Of a stretch of 64,000 nucleotides of DNA, positions 41,229-51,151 are shown piece after piece. The translations under genes and the position numbers were made by a program. How positions within the stretch are numbered: the stretch's first letter is position 1; each line of letters starts with the position of its first letter. The stretch spans positions 3,008,001 to 3,072,000 of the forward strand of contig OY970194.1 of the NCBI GenBank assembly GCA_963708075.1, given 5' to 3'. Source of the DNA: Sedimentisphaerales bacterium (GTDB lineage Bacteria; Planctomycetota; Phycisphaerae; Sedimentisphaerales; Anaerobacaceae). Below the pieces are notes generated by a model, which saw nothing but the letters and a program-made list of their open reading frames with translations, did not search any database and was not told the origin of the DNA.

Positions 41229-43895
41229 CTACCAGATCGGAAATTCAATATCATCGATCCACGCCGCATCCGCGCCTTCGGCTGTAGTATAGTTTTTGCC
41301 ATACGTCCAGGTGAACGTATGCGTTCCGGGCTGGACGGAGAAGGCAAACTGTTCCCAATCATGCTCTCCGCTCCATTCACACATCATCGATCCATCGATT
41401 AAGAACTGGAATCTGTCGAATCCTTCCTCCGTGGATACTTTGCGCCAAAACCTGATCGACCCGCCGTCTACTTTGATGCTGATCTCCAGCGTGGTCTTTT
41501 GGCTGTTTCCAAGAATGCCCGTCCTCGCGCTATACGCCCCCTGGTGCCGGACGTCGGGCGTGACAATCCAGCGCACATCGGTTGGATGCATCCAAGCGAA
41601 GGCACTGAAATCACTCGTCTCGAAACCCTCCACTGCCGTGGAGGGGCCCAGATATGGGAACGACATACCATTATCGCTGAAAAGCCGTATCATCTCCTTG
41701 GCGTAGGTGTATCTCTCGAACCAGGCGTTCCAGAAGCACTTCATGTTCTCAGGTTTGCTCTCATTCAGCACCGTCCAGATCTTCGTGAGCCCTGTATCGC
41801 TCAACGTATCCCGGTTGTCCACGCCATCACAGTTGTCATCGAAGATGTCCCATAGCGTACTGGCGTTCATGTTCTCATAGAATTCCCCGGGCCGCCTGTG
41901 GTAGCCTGTTTCCTTCTCCAGATCAAGCGTGAACCTCGTTCGCAGCTTCTCATCATAATCCTGGTATTTGACATCCCCTGAATAGCAGTACCAGGTATCG
42001 CCATATTGTGTGGCGATACTGAACAGCGTAGCCCAAGCCTCACGGAAGGCCAGGTTCCTCGCGTGCTCCTCAATCCGGTTGGCAGGGCTGTATCGAAGAT
42101 CGATATTCCAGTAGTGCATGGGGTGGTCGCCGACAGCACCTTGGGCGAAATTGGCCAGTTGCGCCACGAAATGCCCGTACTCGTGCATGACCACGTCTCG
42201 GTCGCCCCGGTCTCCCTGGGCAATATGGATGCCGCTGTTCGGATCGTAGTACGTTCCGTTATCCGATGAGGGCCAATATGTGGTGATTTCGTTCGGCTCG
42301 ATGCCAAAGAACGTCTTGGCCTTGTGAAAGCCCTCGATTACGGAGTCGTATACCATGAACTCCCCGCCCTGTGTGGTCATGCTGGCCGTAAGCGATGCCT
42401 CCTGCGGATGCGGATACAGCGGGCTCTTGAGCGAATAGACCTGGTGAAGGACATCATCCTGGACGGAGCAGATCCTGCTCGTAGTTCCAGCATAGACCCC
42501 CGGCACAGCCTGCGTGAAGGCCTTGACGTACACCTGCCGGCCGCTCTTTTCATCCATGAGGATGAGAATGCTGTAGTTCCCGTCTTGATCCGTGTACGTC
42601 TCTCCGACTACACGGTCATCCAGCGGGTCGTTGTCCCCATCCACATCATACACCCTGACCAGAGCGTACCTCACGGGGTGCACCCAATTCTCCAAATCCC
42701 GGTACGTGATCCGCCCACAGACATAGCCGGGTGGATGCATCATCGTTACGGCTGTGCCGTCCACCCCGCAATCGTTCTGCGGGTTCGGGTCGCTAGGGCA
42801 AGTGATTATGGCCCCTATGTAGCACTTGCCTTCCGGGGAATACAGGGGGAGTTGACAGGTGATGCCACAAGCACGCTGTTCACCCGGCGCCAGGGCAGCC
42901 AAACTCTCAGAACCTATGCACGGATCCCGCGTCGTGACGGTGGTATCCAACGATACATAATAGTGAACAACATAACCGTCAGAAATCCTGTCCCCAACAT
43001 TCTGAACTACACTATGAACCAGAATCTGCCCGCCGGACATACAGGTACCATCCGCGGCATCTACTGATTGTACGGCCAGATCCGAGAACGGCCCTACCCA
43101 CACCAAGGCACCATCATAGCCTGTGTCGTTGCCGGGATTGACATCACCGGAACAGGCAACCTTTGCACAGATGAAATACTTGCCTTCCGTCATGTCCAAC
43201 GGGAATTGGCAGGTCGTTGAAACGGTCTCTTGCTGGGAACGATCCAAAGGATTCCCACCAGCAGTTCCCAAGCGATAACCGCTTGTCATGGTCGAAGGGC
43301 TTATGGCAGCGTAGTAATCAATGGAATAGCTTCCCGAATTCAGGTTCCCAACGTTCCTCACGATGCTGGTGATCGCCACGGAATCGCCGGGTCGGTAACA
43401 GTCACCTGAGGCATCCACTAATCGGACCGACAGGTTGGGGTGCGGTATGACCACTTCGAGCGGCCAGTACATGCTGTCCCAGTTGTCAGACGGATCATCA
43501 TCATTAGAGCAAGTAACCGTCGCTTTGATCTCATAGAGGCCCGCGGGTATGTTCAGCGGCAGCCTGCACCTTACCCCAATCTGACGCCACTCCCCCGCAT
43601 TCATCCCAGTTCGAGTCGTAGAACCCACATAGTATTCCTTCGGGTTGTACAATCGGTCTTCCACTGCGTAACAATCGACGGTGAAATCGTTTGATCCCTC
43701 ATGCCCGTGGTTCTCCAAGTCAACACCGTAGAATATCTCGCCTCCAGGAAAGTACTCCTCATCAAGCGGCAGATTGAACAAGTCGACGCTGGTGACGGCC
43801 AGGTCTGCATGGCCCAAGGCAATTGGGGCCGGGAAGAGAATGACGCCAACGATCCAGAGAACACCACGTATCGAGCGAAATGGGGACTTCTCCAT
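41229..43895 (-). CDS. Secreted zinc metallopeptidase with three CARDB-like Ig repeats
   Basis: Signal peptide; three DL.V..VD...N.G...Y.I...C..D.NP.ND repeats; DVVMHEYGH followed by a downstream E (FREAWA); C-terminal F.RKVSTE.GFD...WIDDIEF domain. Confidence 0.85.
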   Translation of the reverse strand: MEKSPFRSIRGVLWIVGVILFPAPIALGHADLAVTSVDLFNLPLDEEYFPGGEIFYGVDLENHGHEGSNDFTVDCYAVEDRLYNPKEYYVGSTTRTGMNAGEWRQIGVRCRLPLNIPAGLYEIKATVTCSNDDDPSDNWDSMYWPLEVVIPHPNLSVRLVDASGDCYRPGDSVAITSIVRNVGNLNSGSYSIDYYAAISPSTMTSGYRLGTAGGNPLDRSQQETVSTTCQFPLDMTEGKYFICAKVACSGDVNPGNDTGYDGALVWVGPFSDLAVQSVDAADGTCMSGGQILVHSVVQNVGDRISDGYVVHYYVSLDTTVTTRDPCIGSESLAALAPGEQRACGITCQLPLYSPEGKCYIGAIITCPSDPNPQNDCGVDGTAVTMMHPPGYVCGRITYRDLENWVHPVRYALVRVYDVDGDNDPLDDRVVGETYTDQDGNYSILILMDEKSGRQVYVKAFTQAVPGVYAGTTSRICSVQDDVLHQVYSLKSPLYPHPQEASLTASMTTQGGEFMVYDSVIEGFHKAKTFFGIEPNEITTYWPSSDNGTYYDPNSGIHIAQGDRGDRDVVMHEYGHFVAQLANFAQGAVGDHPMHYWNIDLRYSPANRIEEHARNLAFREAWATLFSIATQYGDTWYCYSGDVKYQDYDEKLRTRFTLDLEKETGYHRRPGEFYENMNASTLWDIFDDNCDGVDNRDTLSDTGLTKIWTVLNESKPENMKCFWNAWFERYTYAKEMIRLFSDNGMSFPYLGPSTAVEGFETSDFSAFAWMHPTDVRWIVTPDVRHQGAYSARTGILGNSQKTTLEISIKVDGGSIRFWRKVSTEEGFDRFQFLIDGSMMCEWSGEHDWEQFAFSVQPGTHTFTWTYGKNYTTAEGADAAWIDDIEFPIW

Positions 43896-43897
43896 GC

Positions 43898-44725
43898 TTA
43901 TATCCTTCCAGACCCAAGCTGCACCTGCTTGTCCTCGCTCACGCCGGCAGTCTCCTCACGAACCTCCGCCGGGCGTTCGTTCAGTTCCAGGATTCTGCGG
44001 GCGACATCAGGGTCGGTCGCTTTGAGCTCGGCGATCTTGCGGTCAAGGAAGCCGGGATCGGCGGCCTCCAGGCGGGCCAATTCGTCATCGACGGCTTGCT
44101 CGCCGGCGATATGGAGCCCGGGCCTGTAAGTCGCGAGGATGCGCCGCTCCAGTTCCCGTCGCAGCTCCAGCCGCTGGATGTGCTCGAATGACACAGTGGA
44201 CGAGAGAATGCCGGTGTCTCTGACATCAAGGTACAGGGACTGCGAAATCGCGATCTTGTCGGCGTCCTCCCCCTGCGGCGTAAACTCGAAGGCGACGGTA
44301 AAGCAGTACCGGCCGACCGGCAGTGCGTCCACCGTGTATACGGCGCTCTCGGTTACGAAATCGGCCGGCGTCCCAGCCCAGAGCACCTCCGTATGGTTGG
44401 ACTCAGCACCCACATTCGGCACCATCAGCGTGAGGACACCCGAGTCAACGGGCACCAGGGAGGACGCAGCCACTGTAATCGTGATGGCCTCCCCTGCGCT
44501 GTCCCCTTGCCCTAAACCGATCGACAGTTCCGCGGGAAGCTCGATCTTGCTGTATGGGTGATACGGTCGATTCTGATGCACGCTCGCTCCGCCGGTCGGC
44601 GATAACTGAGAGGGCGGCCCCTTGCGGACCATGCGATCCTGCCCACCCCCGAATCGAACCACAGCCGGCGTGAAAACACCTGCAACGGCTGCCCACAGGA
44701 TAAGTACAGACACTCGATGCATCAT
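43898..44725 (-). CDS. Secreted hypothetical protein, coupled to the peptidase gene
   Basis: Hydrophobic N-terminus, beta-rich middle, helical charged C-terminus; stop lies 2 nt before the peptidase ATG. Confidence 0.7.
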   Translation of the reverse strand: MMHRVSVLILWAAVAGVFTPAVVRFGGGQDRMVRKGPPSQLSPTGGASVHQNRPYHPYSKIELPAELSIGLGQGDSAGEAITITVAASSLVPVDSGVLTLMVPNVGAESNHTEVLWAGTPADFVTESAVYTVDALPVGRYCFTVAFEFTPQGEDADKIAISQSLYLDVRDTGILSSTVSFEHIQRLELRRELERRILATYRPGLHIAGEQAVDDELARLEAADPGFLDRKIAELKATDPDVARRILELNERPAEVREETAGVSEDKQVQLGSGRI

Positions 44726-45080
44726 GGCATGCCCTTCCACAGTGTCACTGCCACCATCTCTCGTCCGGGTAGACCTCCAACCCGTGGCGGCGAATATGCC
44801 AATTCACCGCCCATCCCGGCCCTCCAACGGCCGAACGCTCATCCTCGTTTTACACAGGGTCTTGAGAGCCTTACGCGCGTCACCGCGTGAATCAGTCGGT
44901 GCCAACCAGCCGCAAGGTCTCGATCCCTCTATCCTATCAAAGTCCGATATAAATGTCACGGGAAATCCCTATCAGCTCGGGGTGATTCGGTGGCTCGGCG
45001 CGGGCGATGGGACGCAGAAACCCGAGAGGAATCTGGCTCGACGCGCGGTGACATCCGTAGCGGACAAATGGCAACAACAA

Positions 45081-45980
45081 TCAACCTGCGAACCGTTCGT
45101 CGCCGGAAGCAGCCCTGATAGCCTTCAATGCGCTGGTTTCTTTGTCTTTGATCTCCAGCATGATGTCGAAATCGAACGGTCTGCTATCACGAAGGAATGC
45201 TCTAAAGGCCCTGGTCTCGATGGATTGCGTATGTGATCCGACAGGCTTGCCAATGGCCTGGCTGCTATAATCGACCATCGGGATGCCGTCACGCTGGCTC
45301 CATGTGGCGCCAGCCCCTTCGAGGCACGTGTGCACGTCCTCGCCGTGGTTGAGAATGGAGTGGTGAAACACATCAAATAGCACGGGCACACCCGTCCGGC
45401 CGTGGATCTGCAGGCAGTCCCGCAGACGGTAGCTTCTCTCGTCGTTCTCAATGACCAGCCGGCGTTGAATTGCCGGGTCAAGCTGCCCGAAGCGTTCGAC
45501 AAACCTCCGGATACTCTCCGCCTTGTCACCGTAAACGCCGCCCACGTGAATCTGTATCTTGGCCGTCGCGTCGAGGTCCATCGCATCGAGCACTTGAGCG
45601 TGGTAGAGCAATTCCCTGCGGCTGCGCTCGAAGATCGCCTCGTCCACCGAGTTGATCAGGGTGAACTGGTCCGGATGCATCGAGATCCGAATGCCGTGCT
45701 TTTTGATAAAGTCGCCGATCCGCAATAACTGCTCACGGAAATGACTCTGCCAATCGAACCGGCACACCGGGTGCGACGCAAACGGCACGAGGTCGGAACT
45801 CAGCCGAAAGAACAGCACCCGCCTCTCCACATTCCACTGCAGAATCGCCTCCAGACAGTCAAGGTTGTTCGCGACTGTCTCGATCAGCCGGAGCTCGGAG
45901 TACGACTTGAGCCGAAACGTCCGATTCGCCTTGCACCCGATTGTCAGGTTGATGCATGGGTATCCGATCTTCATATGCAT
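45081..45980 (-). CDS. uvsE: UV DNA damage endonuclease UvsE
   Basis: IGYPCIN; FRLSSDLVPFASHP; RISMHPDQF; IHVGGVYGDK; IENDE; FDVFHH; DIMLEIKDKE. Confidence 0.95.
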   Translation of the reverse strand: MHMKIGYPCINLTIGCKANRTFRLKSYSELRLIETVANNLDCLEAILQWNVERRVLFFRLSSDLVPFASHPVCRFDWQSHFREQLLRIGDFIKKHGIRISMHPDQFTLINSVDEAIFERSRRELLYHAQVLDAMDLDATAKIQIHVGGVYGDKAESIRRFVERFGQLDPAIQRRLVIENDERSYRLRDCLQIHGRTGVPVLFDVFHHSILNHGEDVHTCLEGAGATWSQRDGIPMVDYSSQAIGKPVGSHTQSIETRAFRAFLRDSRPFDFDIMLEIKDKETSALKAIRAASGDERFAG

Positions 45981-46085
45981 AGCTACGCGGCATCGAAAAA
46001 GGAGTGCATTTCGGAGCGTGCGGGAGTATTCTGAACCGAATACAGGCCCGCGTGGGGCAGGTCATTCACTGGGAGGTTTCGGAGC

Positions 46086-47359
46086 ATGAAGTCGATCATA
46101 TCGAGCAGAATGCGATGGGTGCTTTCGGTTCTAGCGATCTCATTCATCGAAGTCTCTGCGGCAAAAGCCGAGGATTGGCCCTGTTTTCGCGGGCCGGGCA
46201 GGCAGGGAATCTCGCAGGAGAAGAACCTGCCAACGCAGTGGAGTGCTACGACGAATATCCGCTGGAAGACGCCTATTCCCGGTGAGGGCTGGTCGTCGCC
46301 CATCGTGTTCGGGGACCAGGTGTTCGTGACCACGGCTGTCGATAAGGGCACTTCGCTCCATCTGATCTGTTTGAGCCGCGCGACCGGGAAGATCGCCTGG
46401 GACAAGGAACTTACGCAACAGGAGCTCAAGTACAAGCAACAGCCCAATTCCTATGCCACGTCGACGCCTGTCACCGACGGCCGGATGGTGTATGTGGTGG
46501 TCTGTGACGGGCGGATCCTGGCGGCGGACATGGACGGGAAGGTCGCTTGGACAAACAGCGAGTTCGACTACTACAGCCAGCATGGATTGGCTGTCTCGCC
46601 CGTGCTGTACGAGGATCTCGTCATCGTTCCGTTCGACTGGAGCAGCCCGGGGCCCAACAAGAGCGTGGGTTGGCAGACTCCGTGGGACAAGGCGGTGATT
46701 CTGGCTGTGGACAAGAACACGGGAAACACGCGATGGAAGGGTAGCCGGAGCAGCTCTCAGATCGCCCATGTCACGCCGCAGATTGCCGGCGTGGACGGCC
46801 GCGATCAGCTCGTCAGCGGCGCCGGCGGTGTCGTGCAAGGGTTCAATCTCAAAACGGGCGAGCGGCTCTGGACCGTGTCCAGCCCGGGTGAAGGCGTCGT
46901 GCCCTCGGTCGTCGCCGGCGATGGCATGGCGTTCACGGCGTCGGGTTTCGGTGAGGAAACCATCCTCGCGGTCCGGCTTGGCGGCAGCGGCGACATCACC
47001 CAGACGCACGTCGTATGGCGGGTGAAGGACGACGTTCCCCACGTTCCATCGATGCTGTACGTCTCGCCTCGCTTGTACTCGATCACCGAGGCCGGGACCA
47101 TCAATTGCCGCCAGGCGCCACCGGCGAGCTCCTTTGGCGCGAGCGGCTGCGCGGGCCGTTCTCCGCTTCGCCCGTCTGGGCCGACGGCAAGGTCTACTTC
47201 CTCTCCGAAAAGGGAACGACCACCGTGGTCGAGGAGGGCCCGCAGTTCAAGGTCGTGGCCACAAATGAGCTCAGTGAGAAATGCTGCGCCAGTCCCGCCA
47301 TCTCCCAGGGCAATGTCTTCATCCGCACGGAAAAGACCCTCTACTGCATCGGACAGTAG
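46086..47359 (+). CDS. PQQ-like beta-propeller protein; one frameshift
   Basis: EDWPCFRGP; GWSSPIV; NSYATSTP. The C-terminus (FSASPV...ASPAIS..FIRT..LYCIG) is in the next frame after about 47115. Confidence 0.88.
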
Positions 47360-47362
47360 GTG

Positions 47363-48950
47363 TCATTCGCGAGTGGACAGGTAAGGCTGAGTGGCGGGAG
47401 CGGCTTTCGGACTGGCCGTCGTGATGGGGAGTTGGACGGAGATCTTATCCGAGCTTCGCACCACCCGGCCCAGGCTCTCCTTCGTCACTTGCACAGGGCT
47501 GGTCACCAACTCGGGGACGCTGTAGGTCCACAGGCACGAATCGTAATGCGTCGGATCCTTCTGGGGCAACAGCAACGGCTTGCGGGCGGTGCCATTGGGA
47601 TCGACGTAGCTGAGCCAGGTCCTTGTAAACACGCCGCTTCCCCGCTTGCTGCTGAAGGCAATCCACCGGCCGTTGCTGGACCAACTGTGCCAGCTCTCGC
47701 TCTCGTCACTGTTGATGTCCAGGCGGCGGTACTCAAAGCGGCCGGTCTGCTTCGCCGCCTCCAGGTCGATCATATACAGGTCACTGCTGCGCTGGTAAAC
47801 GGGAAAGCACCCATACTCGCACATGCAAAACAGCAGCCATCGTCCATCCGGGCTGATCCGCGGCAGCAACACGGTGCGGCCGGCATCCTGCGCGGACACC
47901 ACCGTCTCCAGCGCGCCCCACTCATCCCGATCCGGGTCATACGCGATCCGCATCAGATCGTATCTGACCTCTTTGTATTCCGGCGGAATCGCAGTGCGGT
48001 CAGTCCATGTCAGCGGAGCGCTGCAGAAGTACAGGAATCGCCCGTCCGGCGACCACGTCGGATACGTTTCAAGCCGGTCCTTGCGCAAGGTTCGGCGCCG
48101 TCTTGATCGTCTGCGAGCCCACCACGTAGTAGGCGATCAGCGAATCGAGGTCCATCACATCACGACTCTCATCACCGACGGAATGATGGAACAGAACGAC
48201 CTTGTTCATGGAATACGTCAGAATCTTGCCGCTCGGATGCCAGGAGGAGTACCCGAACGTGGCCCCGACCTTCCGGGCCGTGCCGTCTTCGACGATGATC
48301 GCGGCGCTCGTGTACTTCTCGGTCCGAGTGCTGATCAGCATCCGGTCGGTGCGATTATTGCAGAACGTGTGACAGTTCACACAGCCTTCGTTGAAGTACC
48401 CGCCGGTCAAGACCGTGGACTCGTCAAAACCTCCCAAGTCCCGCTGATAGATGCCCATCTCGCGATGAACCGCGTGCACCGGATGAATCCTGCGATAGAC
48501 CAGGTATTTGTCGATCTCCTCATTCGCAATCGTGCAGCGAACCGTGTCGAATCGTTGCCATTGGCGTCCCCCGTCCTTATTATCGGTTTGCACGAAAAGC
48601 TCGAAGACGAGTCTCTTTCCGCGATTGGCAGCCAGCAATTCGTGCCAAGGCTTCTCGGGGATCGTGATCACGCCGGTGCGGCTCAGGACCTTAATGATCC
48701 GGCCCTGGTCCGCGCGGATTCGCACGAAATAGCGGGAGCCTCCCTCTTCAACCACGAAGTTCAATGGTGCTATGTTCGGAGGGATGACAGTATCCGAGTA
48801 ATCCGGGTGCACCTTCGCAGCACGACCCACTGCTGGCGCGCTATTTGGCAATACAACTTCAAGAAGATGGAACCCCCTCAGGCACAGACTACCCGTCAGC
48901 AAGGCGGCCGCCGCGAGAACGATGAACAGATGTCGATTGTGTTTGTCCAT
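47363..48950 (-). CDS. TolB-like (PD40/WD40-like) protein with CxxCH motif; one frameshift
   Basis: PDY..IPPNIAPLNF; CVNCHTF; SWHPSG; then PTWSPDG, PRISPDG and WHSWSSNG repeats after the break at about 48085. Confidence 0.85.
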
Positions 48951-48956
48951 TATAGG

Positions 48957-50984
48957 TCAAAACGCGTAAATGTAGTAAAAGAGATAGCTGTTGCGATAAC
49001 TGTCAGCCAACTCGGCCATTGCGGCCGCCTTGTCCCTCTTATATCTGTTGAAAATGCGACTGAAGTTCTCGAAACGCGAACGCACTTCGGGGCTGATGGG
49101 ATAGTCGGCAGCCTTATTCCTGGGGTAAGCATAGATCGCCAGAGCCTCCTGATACAGCGGCGGGATCGCGGTGTACCCGAACTCGCCCAGCCGCCCGATG
49201 CTCTGGACGAACTTGTCCAACTGACGAGTCTGCATGTACCACGCCATGAGGTACTCGAAGGCCATGCGATTGTGATTGTCCTGGGCCGCCAGGGCGGCGA
49301 GCATCTCCTCCCTCGCATAGAACAGGGCTGTGTTGTCCTTCCTCAGGCACCGGGTGCGCAGGTCCTGAATCTCGCGATCGCCGGCCAGATTCGGGTCGGT
49401 CTCAAGACGCGACAGGTAGTCCCTGGCCCAACTGCCGTGGAACAGGGTCTTGCTCAGGGCCCCGAGATAGATGCGAGCCGTGTCCATGCTGCCCTTGACC
49501 ATGTTCACCATCGCCAAACGCTGCAGAATCATGGGCTGCTCACCGAACGTCTCCATGCACTCGGTCAGGTGCTTGTCCGCGACGCTCGGGAGCCCCAGGT
49601 CGATCTGCGTATCGAACTTGTTCCAGTACGCCAGAACCCGGTCGTCGCCCGTGTGCAGCAAGGCGTCAGGGTGCTGGGGATACGAGAACATGTCCCGGGT
49701 GAGCCGGCCGGTGTGCCATAGGGCCCGATTCACGGCGTTCATCACGAAATAGTCGCTGGGGTGCCGCCGGGCGGCCTGGAGGACCTCGGGCCACATCTTC
49801 TGACAGGCGTACCAGTGGACTTCCAGCCGGACCTGCTCCCGTTCGTCGAGACTGCCAAAGGCAACCACACCAGCAGCGGCCAGCAGAAGCAACGAGCCGA
49901 TTGTCCCCTTGACGACCGGAGCACCCATCCAGCGGCGAAGCAAGGGCAGCAGCGTTTTCGTCGGTTTCGCGTGGCGCACTCGTCCGTGTGCCTCCGGCGG
50001 CATTGCTTTTGCGTCCTTCTTCAATCCAGCCACAAGCCGCCACAAGCCGCCTACCAGCGCGCCGACGATTGGGACGAGGTAGAGAGCATACACGACCGCC
50101 ACCATCTGCTCTCGCGTCCCCCGGCCGTGAATTTGGGGCGACAGCGGCAGCACATCCGTATAGGCATCGATCACGCTGACGCCGAAGAGCAGAACCCCTC
50201 CAACATACGGAGCGACAGCACCGAACGCGAGATAAGCCAAACCAATCCCATATCGACGCCGGTGCAGAAGCTCGTATATCGCACATAGTGCGGCGAATGG
50301 CAGGACCGCCGCCGCGCCAACCACGTACACGACTGCCGAGAGTACGACGAAGATGGCCAGACCTATCGAGTGCGGCGTGCGGAATGCGGAGTGCGGAGTA
50401 CTGCTGGGATCCGATTCCGCATTCCGCATTCCGCATTCCGCATTTCCTGCACCGCCGGCAAGGCTCACATACAGGCACGCCGCGAATAACGCCGCCAGGG
50501 CTCCCATGATCGTGGGCAGGTGGTAGGTGTACCGGGCATAGGTGGCCAGCACGAGAAGTGCGGGGACAAACCGCAGCCAGCGGGCCCCCGGCACGCCGAC
50601 GGCCCGGAGAAACCAACTCGTGCATGCGGAAAGCGCCCAGGCCTGAACTGTTATGACAATCGCCCCGGCCCAGGAATAATAGAACAACTGCGAGAGCAGA
50701 GCGGAGGCGTACCTGAGCAGCCCCCCGGGGCGCGACATGCTCTCCTGGAAGAACGCCCAGCCCCTATAGAAGATGGGGAAATTCGTGATCGTCCCGCAGC
50801 TATAGATGAGACACGGCTTCACTATGAGCCAGAGGTACAGGTAGCACAGGGCGAAGAAGAGAACCGTCCGCGTCGCGTCGCCCAGCCGGCTGCGCAGCCA
50901 TCGGCTCACAAATGTAGGGGCGGGTTTGAAACCCGCCCGTACGGCGACGACGCTCGTCGACGGTTGCCGGAGCGAGTGTGGCAT
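48957..50984 (-). CDS. DUF6057-like membrane protein with TPR-like C-terminus
   Basis: PGG..Y...LSQLFYY.WAGA; AFEYLMA; QEAL; Y.FYY end. Start is uncertain, but the ORF-track TTG at 51125 is the -35 box of a promoter. Confidence 0.8.
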   Translation of the reverse strand: MPHSLRQPSTSVVAVRAGFKPAPTFVSRWLRSRLGDATRTVLFFALCYLYLWLIVKPCLIYSCGTITNFPIFYRGWAFFQESMSRPGGLLRYASALLSQLFYYSWAGAIVITVQAWALSACTSWFLRAVGVPGARWLRFVPALLVLATYARYTYHLPTIMGALAALFAACLYVSLAGGAGNAECGMRNAESDPSSTPHSAFRTPHSIGLAIFVVLSAVVYVVGAAAVLPFAALCAIYELLHRRRYGIGLAYLAFGAVAPYVGGVLLFGVSVIDAYTDVLPLSPQIHGRGTREQMVAVVYALYLVPIVGALVGGLWRLVAGLKKDAKAMPPEAHGRVRHAKPTKTLLPLLRRWMGAPVVKGTIGSLLLLAAAGVVAFGSLDEREQVRLEVHWYACQKMWPEVLQAARRHPSDYFVMNAVNRALWHTGRLTRDMFSYPQHPDALLHTGDDRVLAYWNKFDTQIDLGLPSVADKHLTECMETFGEQPMILQRLAMVNMVKGSMDTARIYLGALSKTLFHGSWARDYLSRLETDPNLAGDREIQDLRTRCLRKDNTALFYAREEMLAALAAQDNHNRMAFEYLMAWYMQTRQLDKFVQSIGRLGEFGYTAIPPLYQEALAIYAYPRNKAADYPISPEVRSRFENFSRIFNRYKRDKAAAMAELADSYRNSYLFYYIYAF
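50368..50444. repeat. Inverted heptamer arrays (GAATGCG)n / (ATTCCGC)n inside a CDS
   Basis: Arrays at 50368-50399 and 50414-50444; translated in frame as NAECGMRNAE...TPHSAFRTPHS. Confidence 0.85.
50914..50942. repeat. GTAG-type REP palindrome
   Basis: GTAGGGGCGGGTTTGAAACCCGCCCGTAC. Confidence 0.8.
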
Positions 50985-51096
50985 CGGTCGTTTCCAAAAA
51001 AGCACTGTTCGCCGGAGTCCAAGACCGGTATCGAGACGCACCGCGTGGAACCAAGGATCGACCCCCCAAAGCACATCCCACGCACTGCCGGCGGCG

Positions 51097-51125
51097 AATA
51101 TGGCCCATCCCAGGGCATTTGTCAA
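51097..51125 (-). promoter_or_regulatory. sigma70-type promoter for the DUF6057/TolB-like pair
   Basis: Minus strand TTGACA-N17-CATATT. Confidence 0.55.
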
Positions 51126-51151
51126 GCTGAATCCCCGGACTCTGCACGGTG

